Shown piece by piece: positions 9,806 through 20,300 of a stretch of DNA of 64,000 bases (positions within the stretch are counted from its first letter, which is position 1; each line of letters starts with the position of its first letter). This DNA comes from Hyphomicrobiales bacterium (lineage in GTDB: Bacteria > Pseudomonadota > Alphaproteobacteria > Rhizobiales > RI-29), in assembly GCA_016125495.1 (NCBI GenBank), contig WGLQ01000002.1:26969-90968 (forward strand). Direction: 5' to 3'. Below the pieces are notes generated by a model. The model saw only the letters and a program-made list of their open reading frames with translations. It searched no databases and was not told the DNA's origin. A program made the position numbers and the translations under genes.

Positions 9806-10762
9806 ATGGCCGATCCCAAGTACCGTCCGGTCGATGCGTCCATCGTGCCGCGATTCTCGGATGTCGCGACGTTCCTCAGGACGCGGCGCGTCGAGATGAA
9901 TTCGGAGATCGATATCGGACTGGTCGGCGTGCCGTTCGACATCGGACTCAACTATCGCGGCGGGCCGCGTGAGGCGCCGGGGGCGGTTCGGCACGCCAGC
10001 CGGCTGATCCGCATGGCGCATCCGACCAGTGGGACGGAACCCTATGAACTCTGCAACATCGCCGATCTCGGCGATGCGCCGGTCAACCCGCTCGACAAGG
10101 ATCGCTCGATCGAGGCGATCCAGGCCTTCTTTGCCGAGTTGAAATCGCTCGACATCCGTCCAGTGGCGATCGGCGGCGATCACACCATCCCGACGCCGAT
10201 CCTGCGGGCGCTCGCGGCGGGCGGACCCGTCGGCATACTGCAAGTCGACAGTCACGCCGATACGCTCGATGAGATGTGCGGAACGAAAATCAACCACGCG
10301 ACCTTCATGCGGCGCGGTCTCGAAGAGGGACTGATCGATCCCTCGCGGGTCGTGCAGGTCGGGCTCCGTGGCTCGCGGTTTCGCCCGGACGACATCCAGT
10401 TCGGCATCGATGCGGGCTTCACGGTCGTCACCATCGACGACTACGAGGCGATGGGGCGGGCGGCTTTCATCGAGAGGATGAAAAGGACGCTCGCAGGCGG
10501 GCCGACCTACGTGACCATAGACATCGACGGGCTCGATCCCTCGTTCTGTCCCGGCACGGCGGTTCCGGAAATCGGTGGTCTGACGCCGCGTGACGTCCAG
10601 GTCATTCTGCGGGCGCTTTCCGGTATCGACGTCATCGGGGCGGATATCTGCGAGGTCGCCCCGTGCTACGATCCGACTGGCGTGACGTCGGTGACGGCGG
10701 CCAATCTCATGTTCGAACTGGTCTGCGTGATCGCCGAGGCGGTCGAGGCGGCCCGCAAGTGA
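9806..10762 (+). CDS. Agmatinase/arginase-family ureohydrolase (guanidino-compound hydrolase; substrate unknown)
   Basis: Mn-binding motifs GGDHTI, VDSHADT and IDIDGLDPSFCPGT. GGAGGAG lies 5 nt upstream of ATG 9806. Confidence 0.9.
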   Translation: MADPKYRPVDASIVPRFSDVATFLRTRRVEMNSEIDIGLVGVPFDIGLNYRGGPREAPGAVRHASRLIRMAHPTSGTEPYELCNIADLGDAPVNPLDKDRSIEAIQAFFAELKSLDIRPVAIGGDHTIPTPILRALAAGGPVGILQVDSHADTLDEMCGTKINHATFMRRGLEEGLIDPSRVVQVGLRGSRFRPDDIQFGIDAGFTVVTIDDYEAMGRAAFIERMKRTLAGGPTYVTIDIDGLDPSFCPGTAVPEIGGLTPRDVQVILRALSGIDVIGADICEVAPCYDPTGVTSVTAANLMFELVCVIAEAVEAARK

Positions 10763-10810
10763 AGTGCGGTGGGGAGTTGCCTCCCCGGGGCCGGCGCAGG
10801 AGTGCCCGAC

Positions 10811-11797
10811 ATGACCAGCCCGCTGATCGATTGCCTCCAGTACGCGAACTGGTCGGAGGCGGTGTTCCACGAGATGCGCGAGGGCGGCGTACATGCCGTG
10901 CACGCAACGATCGCCTACCACGAGACGTTCCGCGAGGCGGTCGCGAACGTCGAAGCCTGGAACGACCGGTTCAGGCGCTACGAAGACCTGATCTTTCACG
11001 GGCGGACGGGTGGAGATGTCCGGCGGGCCATGGCGGAGGGCAAGACCGCCATCTTCTTCGGATTCCAGACACCAGCACCGATCGAGGAAGATATAGGGCT
11101 GGTGGAGATCTGGCACCAGCTCGGCGTGCGCTTCATGCAGCTCACCTACAACAACCAATCGCTGCTCGCGACGGGCTGCTACGAAGCCGCGGACGCCGGA
11201 GTGACGCGCTTCGGGCGTGAAGTGATCGCGGAGATGAACCGGGTCGGGATGGTCATCGACATGAGCCATTCGGGAGAGCGCTCGACGCTGGAGGCGATCG
11301 AGATTTCCTTGCGCCCGATCGCCATCACGCACGCGAACCCGCACTGGTGGCACGGGGCGGTGCGGAACAAGTCCGATACGGTCTTGAGGGCGCTCGCGGA
11401 ATCGGGCGGCATGCTCGGGTTCTCGCTCTATCCACATCACTTGGCGCGCGGGTCCGACTGCACGATGGCTGAATTTTGCTCCATGGTTGCGCGTGCGGCG
11501 GAGCGCTACGGCACCGAGCGCCTCGGGATCGGTTCGGATCTCTGTCAGGGTCAGCCGGATTCGGTCGTTGCCTGGATGCGCAACGGGCGCTGGCTGCGGC
11601 AGATCGACAGTGGACGGGAAGCGGCCCCGCCGGCTGTGTTTCCGGCGCAGCCTGCCTGGTTCGGCGACAATCGCGATCTGGCAGGGATCGGCGACGGGCT
11701 CAGGCGAGCCGGCTTCTCGGTCGAGGAGGTCGCGGCGATCATGGGAGGAAACTGGCTGCGGTTCTTCGAGGCTTCGTTCGCAGGGACCGGGTCATGA
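10811..11797 (+). CDS. Membrane (renal) dipeptidase family protein, peptidase M19
   Basis: MTSPLIDCLQYANWSEAVFHEMREGGVHAVHAT..., FMQLTYNNQS and VIDMSHSGERS are characteristic of M19-fold proteins. Start taken at ATG 10811. Confidence 0.8.
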   Translation: MTSPLIDCLQYANWSEAVFHEMREGGVHAVHATIAYHETFREAVANVEAWNDRFRRYEDLIFHGRTGGDVRRAMAEGKTAIFFGFQTPAPIEEDIGLVEIWHQLGVRFMQLTYNNQSLLATGCYEAADAGVTRFGREVIAEMNRVGMVIDMSHSGERSTLEAIEISLRPIAITHANPHWWHGAVRNKSDTVLRALAESGGMLGFSLYPHHLARGSDCTMAEFCSMVARAAERYGTERLGIGSDLCQGQPDSVVAWMRNGRWLRQIDSGREAAPPAVFPAQPAWFGDNRDLAGIGDGLRRAGFSVEEVAAIMGGNWLRFFEASFAGTGS

Positions 11798-13488
11798 CGC
11801 GCGCACCGGCGATGCCCGGCCCGGCGGCGGGGTTGCGCCCACCCGGGGAGGTGATGCGTCTGGCGCGCATGGGGGCGTCCTATCCAACGCGCCTCAGCTT
11901 CGGGCGTACGCTGGTGCGGCGTCTGGTGCGCGACAGGGCGCGGGTGCGCAGACCGGTCTGGGAGATCGATCGCGATGGCCATGGGAGGGCGGTTTATTCG
12001 CTCGATCTCGGAGGGCGGACCTACAGCCTCGTTGCATTCTCGCAGGCGTTGGAGCCGGAGCGCCGGACGGACAGGGTGATCGCGGAGGCCTGGGATACGA
12101 GCTATGCGCTCGTCGACGGCGAACCGGCGCGCGCCGATCTCGATCGGCTCGAAGCGCAGGTGCCGCGCCAGGAAGCAGGGCGCTACCAGGCGGGTGACCT
12201 CGTCCTCAGCCGGGCGAACAAATCCGTCCGCCTCTTCGAGCACGTCGCCTCGAGGCTCGCTGAAGGTACGCAACCGGACAGGGAAGCGGTCGTGTCCACC
12301 GGCTATCTCATGCGCACGACAGCCGTCTATGGCAATGGCAAGTTCGGGATAGCGGACCGTGAGCGGATCGTGGAGCGACCGGAGCTTTCCGGTCCCTTCC
12401 AGGGGGAGATGCTGACGGTCTGGCTGATCCGTGGCTTTTCCCATGACCTCGTCGAGCACGTGGCGCGGATGCGCAGCCCGGAACGCGCCGTAACGCTCGA
12501 TCGCCGACTCAAACGTCATCTCGGGATCGGGAATGCCACCGGTCTTGGCATGGCGCCATTTCTCGTCAATCATCCCATACTCATCAACAATTGGATGATG
12601 GCGCGCGAAACGGCGCTTTCGCGCGTGCGCGGGGTGCGGACCTGCGACACGGAGCGGGCACGGGCGACCCGCGGTCTCCTGGCACGAGCCGGGGCACATC
12701 TCGAGGAGTGGAATGTCGGGGATGCGCGCCAGATGCGACGGATCGAAATTGCGCGCGAGGAGATCGCCACCATCACGCGGCGGGTCGATGCAGCGTTCTT
12801 TTCCGCGCCATTCGCATTCGACCGGCTGCTCGGACTGGCCGAGGGGTGTTCGCTGGAGACGCAGGAGCTCGTTGCCGCGCTCGTGCTCGAGCCGAACGGG
12901 GACCTCGTCGACGATCTCGCGGATTGCATGGCGAGTGGGGCGGGACCGCGGCTCGATCCGGCGATGCGTTTGGGAGCATTGCGTGACCTCATCGGCGAGC
13001 AATTCGCGTGGGCGCTCACGACGGATTTCAGCGATGCCCGCGAGACGGCACGGTTCTGGTACGTGTCGGAGGAGAAACTCGAGCCCCGACTCGGCCGCCG
13101 CCACGAGGAACCGGGGGCGGAACGGGAGTTGCGGCTCGACATCGCGCGGCAGGTTCAGTCCCTCGCCCGTGATCTCGACGGCGCGCCCGCAGGCACAACT
13201 CTGGCGGTTTTCCTCATGGAGCATCCCGAGCATCGCCACGCGGCGCGCCGGGTGCAAGCGAGCGCGACGCACCCTTACGCCGAGATCCACGACAACCTGA
13301 TCGGGGAGGACTGCGAGGCCATCGATCTCCTGCGCTGCAAGCTGGCCTTCTTCGGGGCGGCGAAATTCGATCCAAAGTCGGACCGGTGGACGCGCATCAC
13401 CCTCTTCCAGGGGGCGCCGCTCGCCGACGAGGTGGATGACGAGCGGGCCGACGACTGGTGGCTCCCCGTTCATGAGGGAGTGGAATGA
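11794..13488 (+). CDS. Conserved-looking hypothetical protein (564 aa), no family recognised
   Basis: ATG 11794 overlaps the M19 stop (ATGA). Balanced, non-repetitive composition, unlike the Arg/Pro/His-rich antisense ORF 11551-13473. The stop overlaps the next start. Confidence 0.65.
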   Translation: MTRAPAMPGPAAGLRPPGEVMRLARMGASYPTRLSFGRTLVRRLVRDRARVRRPVWEIDRDGHGRAVYSLDLGGRTYSLVAFSQALEPERRTDRVIAEAWDTSYALVDGEPARADLDRLEAQVPRQEAGRYQAGDLVLSRANKSVRLFEHVASRLAEGTQPDREAVVSTGYLMRTTAVYGNGKFGIADRERIVERPELSGPFQGEMLTVWLIRGFSHDLVEHVARMRSPERAVTLDRRLKRHLGIGNATGLGMAPFLVNHPILINNWMMARETALSRVRGVRTCDTERARATRGLLARAGAHLEEWNVGDARQMRRIEIAREEIATITRRVDAAFFSAPFAFDRLLGLAEGCSLETQELVAALVLEPNGDLVDDLADCMASGAGPRLDPAMRLGALRDLIGEQFAWALTTDFSDARETARFWYVSEEKLEPRLGRRHEEPGAERELRLDIARQVQSLARDLDGAPAGTTLAVFLMEHPEHRHAARRVQASATHPYAEIHDNLIGEDCEAIDLLRCKLAFFGAAKFDPKSDRWTRITLFQGAPLADEVDDERADDWWLPVHEGVE

Positions 13489-14141
13489 GACGATCGCTGA
13501 ACGAGATCGCAGGAGTTTTGACGAAGGCAGCGGGCGGGGCCGGTCTCGCGCTCGGGCTGGCGGAGGATGTGGCGCGGGCCGGGGTGTGGCTGACGCGGAG
13601 CGGGCTCGACGGGGTCGGTGCGGCGGCGCGGGCGATCGGCGAGGTGCAGGGCCCGGGGAGGTTCACCGATCACTGCAGGATGGTGGCGTTTCGCGGGGCG
13701 CGGGCCGCTCACGACGGGCCGAGTGCCGTCGATCTCCTCCTTGCCGGGTCGCGGGCCGAGAGCGTCGTGCTGGCGCCGATCGACGAGCCGCTGCTGGTTC
13801 TGGGTCTCGCCGGCGTGGCGGCCGAGGAGAGTGGCGTTGCACTGGCCGTGGAGATGGCCGGGCTCGGGCGGATCGTGGTCGGACCCGCCGGCCCCGCGAA
13901 GGGGGAGGCCCTTGCACGGCTGCTCGACGGCGAAGAGGCGGGGCGGGCGAGCCTGACGCTGTCGCGCCACCATGGTCCCATGAGCGAGGCGATCGCCGGG
14001 ATGGCCGTTCGGGGGGGCGGCGCCGAGGTCGCGGAGGCGGTCTGGGCACGGCTGGCGCTGCTGGCCGCCCGCACCTTGGTGCCCGCGGACGAGAACTCAC
14101 GCCAGCGGGGCGCAGGGGCGGGCGACATCGACAACGACTAG
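13485..14141 (+). CDS. Hypothetical protein (218 aa), possibly DUF3726-like
   Basis: ATG 13485 overlaps the upstream stop (ATGA). Ala/Gly-rich. I only weakly recall this family; there is no catalytic motif. Confidence 0.5.
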   Translation: MRRSLNEIAGVLTKAAGGAGLALGLAEDVARAGVWLTRSGLDGVGAAARAIGEVQGPGRFTDHCRMVAFRGARAAHDGPSAVDLLLAGSRAESVVLAPIDEPLLVLGLAGVAAEESGVALAVEMAGLGRIVVGPAGPAKGEALARLLDGEEAGRASLTLSRHHGPMSEAIAGMAVRGGGAEVAEAVWARLALLAARTLVPADENSRQRGAGAGDIDND

Positions 14142-14160
14142 CAACCCTTCGATCCCGAAC

Positions 14161-14622
14161 TCACTGACCGGTGTGGGAAGAATAAACCGTCGTCTGGCCA
14201 TCGGCGCCGAAGGCGATCACGTCATACGGTTCCGCGGATTGGCCGGGCACCTCCATTCCAGGGGAGCCGATCGGCATGCCCGGGACCGCAAGTCCGGCGA
14301 CTGGCGGGCGCTCGGCGAGTAGGCGCGCGATGTCCTGTGCGGGGACGTGACCCTCGACGAGATAGCCGGCAACCTTGGCGGTGTGGCAGGAGCGGAGCGG
14401 CTCCGGCACGCTCTTGCGCAGGGTGACCGCGGACATCGATCTCGCTTCGTCGACCACGACCTCGAAGCCGGCCGCGCGAAGATGGTCGACCCACTTCAGG
14501 CAGCAGCCGCACCCGGGCTGGCGCCAGACTTCGATCCGCTCGCCCGCCGTGGCGGAGAGACCGAAAAACTGGCCGGCGAGAATCAGCATGGCGATCAGCG
14601 TCGCGCGCTCTATGAGTCGCAT
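14161..14622 (-). CDS. DUF411 (CopG-like) periplasmic metal-binding protein
   Basis: Signal peptide MRLIERATLIAMLILAGQFFGLSA, then WRQPGCGCCLKWVDHLRAAGFEV...SCHTAKVAGYLVEGHVP...GMPIGSPGME, the DUF411 signature. The longer track ORF (to 15294) is an upstream shadow extension. Confidence 0.85.
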   Translation of the reverse strand: MRLIERATLIAMLILAGQFFGLSATAGERIEVWRQPGCGCCLKWVDHLRAAGFEVVVDEARSMSAVTLRKSVPEPLRSCHTAKVAGYLVEGHVPAQDIARLLAERPPVAGLAVPGMPIGSPGMEVPGQSAEPYDVIAFGADGQTTVYSSHTGQ

Positions 14623-15041
14623 GGGTCGTGCTCCTTGGAAATGCAGCCGATAGGTTCGGCCCCTGCAAGGCCGGCGATGATCGGGCAGTCGGGCCGCTCG
14701 TCGCCGTGACAATTCTCGATGAGGTGCGTCAGTGCGTCCGCCATGGCGCGCAATTCCGTCATCTTGCGTTCGATGTCGGACAAATGCTCCCGGGCCAGGG
14801 ATTTCACGTCCGCGCTCGCGCGCCCGCCGTCCTCGTAGAGGGCCAGGAGCTTGCGGCAGGTGCCGATGTCGAAGCCGAGGCCCCGGGCGCGGTGGATGAA
14901 TGCCAGAAGGTCGACCTCGCGGCTGCCATAGGCGCGGTAGCCGTTGGCGCGGCGCTGCGGCACGACGAGCCCGATCTGCTCGTAGTAGCGGATGGTCTTG
15001 GCGGGCAGACCGGAACGCGCGGCGGCTTGGGAGATGTTCAT
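14610..15041 (-). CDS. cueR: Cu(I)-responsive MerR-family regulator (CueR/HmrR type)
   Basis: MerR HTH MNISQAAARSGLPAKTIRYYEQIGLV and C-terminal metal loop NCHGDERPDCPI (C-x7-C as in CueR). The 3' end overlaps the DUF411 start by 13 nt. Confidence 0.85.
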   Translation of the reverse strand: MNISQAAARSGLPAKTIRYYEQIGLVVPQRRANGYRAYGSREVDLLAFIHRARGLGFDIGTCRKLLALYEDGGRASADVKSLAREHLSDIERKMTELRAMADALTHLIENCHGDERPDCPIIAGLAGAEPIGCISKEHDPCDS

Positions 15042-15062
15042 CGTGTCGTTTTCGCTTCTTGC

Positions 15063-16571
15063 TCAGCGCATCACGAATGGATTGGCGGCAGGAGCGTCCG
15101 AGGTGTTGATCCAGACGGATTTTGTGGAAAGAAATTCGCGGATCGCCTCCATGCCGTTCTCGCGCCCGAGCCCGGAGCGCTTGATGCCGCCGAACGGCAT
15201 CATGTAGCTGATGGCGCGGTAGGTGTTGATCCAGACGACGCCGGCCTTCAAGGCCTTGGCCATGCGGTGCGCGCGGGCGATGTCCTTGGTCCATACGCCG
15301 GCCGCGAGACCGTAGACCACGTCGTTGCCGATGCGCACCGCATCGGCCTCGTCGGAAAAGCCGATGATCGAAAGGACCGGTCCGAAAACCTCTTCCTGGG
15401 CGATGCGCATGTCGTTGCGAACGTCGGTGAAGATCGTCGGCTCGACGAACTGTCCGCCGGTGATGCCGGGCCCCGTTGCGGGGCGGCCACCGAGCAGGCG
15501 GCGCGCGCCTTCCGCCTCGGCGATGGAAATGTATTCGAGGACCTTGGCGTACTGCGGCGGCGTGGTGACCGGGCCGATGTTGGTCGCGGGATCACGCGGG
15601 TCGCCGATGCGGGCCGAGCGGGCGATGGTGAGGAGTTTTTCGGTGAATGCTTCGCGCACGGAGTTCTGGACGAGCAGCCGGGAGCCGGCGACGCAAGTCT
15701 GGCCGGTGGCGGCAAAGATGCCGGAGACCGCCCCGGCGGCGGCGGCATCGAGGTCGGCGTCGGCAAAGACGATGTTCGGCGACTTGCCACCGAGCTCGAG
15801 GGAGACGCGCTTCAGCGACCGGGCCGCCGCTTCGTAGATGGCAGCGCCAGTCCGGTCGGAGCCGGTGAACGATATCTTGGCGACGTCGGGATGCTCGACG
15901 AGCGCCTTTCCAGCCTCGTGGCCGAAGCCGGCAACGACATTGAAGACGCCGTCCGGAAATCCGGCCTCCTTGGTCAGGGCAGCGAACTCCAGGGTCGATG
16001 CGGACGTGAACTCGGAGGGCTTGACGACGACGGTGCAGCCGGCGGCAAGCGCCGGGGCGCACTTCCATGCAATGAACAACAGCGGCGAGTTCCATGCCGT
16101 GATAGCGCCGACGACGCCAACGGGCTCGTTGGTGGTGAAGGCGAAGTGGTCGGCCTTGTCCAGCGGGACGACCGTACCCTCGATCTTGTCGGCGAGACCG
16201 CCATAGTAGTACCACCACTCGGGATGGTAGCGAAGTTGGGCCAGCATCTCGGACATCAGCTTTCCGTTGTCGCGGACCTCGATTTCGGCGAGCCGTTCGG
16301 CGTTTGCGGCCACGAGGTCGCCGAGCCGGCGCATGAGCTTTCCGCGCGCGCTCGGCGTCATGGAAGGCCAGGGGCCGCTTTCGAGGGCACGTTTGGCGAC
16401 CTTGGCGGCGCGTTCGACGTCCTCGGCCGTGCCGCGTGCGATCCGGGCCCAGATGGCGCCCGAATAGGGGTCCAGGCTGTCGAACCAGGCGCCTGCGGCG
16501 GGCGCGACGTACGCGCCGTCGATGTAATGGTTGTATGTGACGACGCCAGCTTTGGCATGGGGCGCGTTCAT
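15063..16571 (-). CDS. NAD(P)-dependent aldehyde dehydrogenase
   Basis: ELGGKSPNIVF and GQTCVAGSR (catalytic Glu and Cys contexts). Start taken at ATG 16571 (MNAPHAKAGVVTYNHYIDG). Confidence 0.9.
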   Translation of the reverse strand: MNAPHAKAGVVTYNHYIDGAYVAPAAGAWFDSLDPYSGAIWARIARGTAEDVERAAKVAKRALESGPWPSMTPSARGKLMRRLGDLVAANAERLAEIEVRDNGKLMSEMLAQLRYHPEWWYYYGGLADKIEGTVVPLDKADHFAFTTNEPVGVVGAITAWNSPLLFIAWKCAPALAAGCTVVVKPSEFTSASTLEFAALTKEAGFPDGVFNVVAGFGHEAGKALVEHPDVAKISFTGSDRTGAAIYEAAARSLKRVSLELGGKSPNIVFADADLDAAAAGAVSGIFAATGQTCVAGSRLLVQNSVREAFTEKLLTIARSARIGDPRDPATNIGPVTTPPQYAKVLEYISIAEAEGARRLLGGRPATGPGITGGQFVEPTIFTDVRNDMRIAQEEVFGPVLSIIGFSDEADAVRIGNDVVYGLAAGVWTKDIARAHRMAKALKAGVVWINTYRAISYMMPFGGIKRSGLGRENGMEAIREFLSTKSVWINTSDAPAANPFVMR

Positions 16572-16856
16572 GGCCGAGGTCTCTCGTGCGCTGCTGCGTG
16601 AGGTCGAGCCCGCTCCGGGGTTCGACGCAAGGGAAGCACGCGACTGCCACCTCGCCAAGTCGTTTGCGCGTTCGCCACGGCACCGGAGCGCAGAAGTGAT
16701 CCGCAGCCGGGTGCAAATCCGGCCCTGGCAAATCCAATCACGGTGTCGTGAGGCCTTCGCCAGGCTGTGGGATCAGGATTGGAGCCACCATGACCGCGGA
16801 CTTGGCGCGGCGGGTGTGAACTGGCGGCGCGGGCATCACGACGGAAGGTTTGAGCG

Positions 16857-17381
16857 ATGAGCCAGACGCAAAATGGCGGATCGACGCCCAAGGGCCACGG
16901 CACGGGAAGCGAGGATGGCGTGCACATTTTCCTCGAGGGACTCGACGAGGCCGGCTGGCGTCTCATCCGCCGGCACGGCGAGGCGCAGGTGTTCGCACCT
17001 GGTGAAGTGTTGGTCGGTGAGGGCGAGCGCGACGAGGCGATCTTCATCATCGAGGCGGGGAGCGCGGAAGTGGTGCTCGGCCTCGTCGACGATGGCGATG
17101 CCGGCGGATGGTCCATGGCCGGGCAACGGCGCGGCGGGCGGGTGATCGCGCAATTGCCCACTGGAACAGTGTTCGGTGAAATCGCGTTTTTCGACCGAAT
17201 GCCACGCAGCGCAACGGTTCGGGCGACCTCGGCGGGCCGGATGCTGCGCCTGACGCGGGACGGGTTCGAGCGGCTTGCGGCCTGGGAGCCGCACCTCGGT
17301 CGTCGCATCCTTCTCGAACTCGGGCGGATTCTTGCGCTTCGACTGCGCTGGGTCCAGAGCCAATCAACGGTGCGGCGCTAG
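16857..17381 (+). CDS. Stand-alone cyclic-nucleotide-binding domain protein
   Basis: cNMP-binding beta-barrel with VFGEIAFFDRMPRSATVRA. GGAAGG lies 8 nt upstream of ATG 16857. Confidence 0.8.
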   Translation: MSQTQNGGSTPKGHGTGSEDGVHIFLEGLDEAGWRLIRRHGEAQVFAPGEVLVGEGERDEAIFIIEAGSAEVVLGLVDDGDAGGWSMAGQRRGGRVIAQLPTGTVFGEIAFFDRMPRSATVRATSAGRMLRLTRDGFERLAAWEPHLGRRILLELGRILALRLRWVQSQSTVRR

Positions 17382-17395
17382 TCCGCACCCGAGGA

Positions 17396-20300
17396 ATGCG
17401 AGGAGTGACGATCGTGGCGGACGGATCGGACAATCGCATGGGGGGCGGCACGGCACGGCTGATCGGTGGGGACGATCCCTTCAAGCCCTATACCGAGATG
17501 CGGTCCTGGCTGCCCAAAGCCTTCTGGTTGATGCTGCGCGTTCTGACGCTCATGGCGGCCCTGGCGCTCGCGGTCACGCTCGTGGTCGCGCCGGAGATCG
17601 GTGTCACCGTATTCTGGAAGATCGTCATCCCGTCGCTGCCGATCGTGCTCGCGGTCGTGCCGGGTCTCTGGCGCCAGATCTGTCCGATGGCGTTCGCCAA
17701 CCAGATCCCTGTGCAGCTCGGCTGGTCGGCGAACAGGACACTGCCGATCTGGCTGAAGGAATCCTCCTATCTCTACGCCATCCTGGCGTTCATCGTGCTG
17801 GTCGCCCTCAAGCACGTGACGCTCTACAACTCGCCCGGACCGTTGCTTGCGATGGTGCTCGGGGCGCTCGTTCTCGCGTTCCTCGGCGGCCTCGTCTACA
17901 AGGGGCGAAGCGGCTGGTGCGGCACGTTCTGCCCGCTCGGACCGTTGCAGAAGGTCTACGGCCACACGCCTGTCGTCGTGGTGAAGAACGGGTATTGCCC
18001 GACCTGTGTCGGCTGCCAGAAGAACTGCTACGATTTCAGTCCGCGCTCGGCGTTCTTCCAGGATCTCTACGACAAGGACCCGTGGTACGCGGGCCACCGC
18101 CGCTTCTTCGTCGGTGTGCTGCCGGGGCTGATCATCTCGTTCTGGCTCGGGCGCAATCCGGAAGAAATCGGCTACGTCCGCTATGTGCAGGAGCTGTTGT
18201 TCTGGCTGCTGCTCTCGGCCGGCAGCTTCTTCGTGATGACCAGTGTCCTGCGCACGAGCGTCTACAAGGTGGCCGCGGCCTACGGCGTCGTTGCGATTTT
18301 CCTCTACTATTGGTTCGCGGCGCCGGTGGTGCTCGAATCCATGCGCGAATTGTTCGATGTCGCGCTGCCGGATGCGCTCGCCTATGGCGTCATCGGGCTC
18401 GTGGTGCTGGTCGCGGCGCGCAATCTCTTCGCCGGATACCGCCTCGAGCGCCTCTACTGGGCGCGGGAGGCGGGCGAGGAGCCGCGGCTCGGGGTCTCGG
18501 GGCAAGCGGCGGGTGCCCCGACGGGTCCCTCGATCCTCGAGAAGGCGAGTGGCAAGCGCATTCCGCTCGATCCGAACCGGCCCATCCTCGATCTCCTCGA
18601 ATCGTCCGGGATAAGAATAGACTTCGGCTGCCGGACCGGCATGTGCGGCGCCGATCCGATCGTCGTCGAGGCAGGGGAGGAGAATCTTTCGCCGCCGTCG
18701 GCCATCGAACTCGAGACGTTGCGGCGGATGGGCCTCGAAGGGCGGGCGCGGCTCGCCTGCGTCTGCCGGGCGCGGGGCAGCGTCACCATCGATCTCGCCA
18801 AGGACCCGATGAGCCTTGCAGCGGCAGGTCCGGTGCCGCGCACGGTCGACCTCGCGGCGATGGCGGGCGTCGGGCGGGTCGTCATCATCGGCAACGGTGT
18901 GGCGGGAGTGACCGCGGCCGACCGGATTCGCCGGGCGAGCCCGAGCTGCCGCATCGACCTCGTCACGCGCGAGAACCATCATTTCTACAACCGGATGGCG
19001 ATCGGGCGCGCGATCTACGGGCGCGGCGGCCTCGACGGCCTCGGCCTCCTGCCCGAGAGTTGGGATAAAAAGAACGACGTCACCGTCTGGCTCAACACCA
19101 TCGCGCGCTCGATCGATCGCCAGTCGAAGGAAGTGGTTCTCGGAACGGGTGAGCGGCTCGCTTACGACAAACTCATCCTGGCCACGGGCGGAAGGCCGGC
19201 GGTGCCGCCGGCACCGGGCGTCGACCTCGGCGGCTGCTTCGTGCTGCGCGAGGCGCGTGATGCGTTCGAAATCCGCGCCTGGAGCCAGGCGCACGCCTGC
19301 CGCCATGCCGTGGTCGTCGGTGGCGGCGTGCTCGGCATCGAGGCGGCCGATGCGCTCCGTCAGCTCGGGCTCGGTGTCAGCATCGTGCACCGCTCGGTCC
19401 ATCTCATGGACCGCAACCTCGATGCGGAGGGTAGCCTTCTTCTCGAACATTATCTGCGCGGCCTCGGCGTCGATGTCCTGACGCGCTCGCAGGTTGCGAG
19501 CATCGACGGAGAAGAGAACGTCGAGGGCGTGACGCTCGCGGACGGTCGGCACGTCGAGGCACAGATCGTGCTGTTCTGCATCGGCGTGCGCGGGGAGACC
19601 GCGCTCGCGGAGGCGGCGGGATTGCAGACCGGGCGCGGCGTGATCGTCGACACCGCCATGCGCACGAGCGATCCCGACATCTACGCAATCGGCGACGTCG
19701 CCGAATTCGGCGACGGACCGTCCGGCCTGTGGACGGTTGCGACCCAGCATGCGCAGCTGGCAGCCGATGACCTCCTCAAGCGGCGGGAGGGCAGCCATGT
19801 GCCGCGCACGGTCATGCAGCTCAAGATGGATGGTGTCGATGTGGTCGCCTATGGCGAGCACGAACTCACCCGACTCGGACAGGAGTTGATCGTCGACGAC
19901 GACGAACCCGGACATGCCCGGCGCCTCCTGCTGGTGGAAAACGGACGCATCATCGGGGCGGTGTTCGTCGGTCCGCCCGGTACCGCCCTCGGTGTGGCGG
20001 ATGCGATCCTCAGCGAGCGCGACATTACCGGCGTGCTCGGGGAATTGAGGCGGGGGAACTGGCAGGCGCTGGCCGGCCAGAGCGAGATCGTCGAGAGCGA
20101 GGACGACGCGCCACAGTCCACGACCCGGGTCGAGGAGCGACGGCCAGCCCTCTCGGGACCGCTCGGCTGGGGCATCGCCATGCTCGTCGGGGCGATGGTG
20201 ACGGCGGGCGCGGCGGTCTGGGTCGGCATGGTTCCAAACGAAATGCGAATCGAGCGGATGATGTCCGCGATGGAGGAGGCGTTCACGGCACGCGGCTCCA

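Noticed and set aside
16790-16819. 9-codon mini-ORF (MTADLARRV) with GGAG five nt upstream, in the ALDH/cNMP-binding-gene intergenic region
   Set aside because: It is too short with no distinguishing feature. It is indistinguishable from chance.
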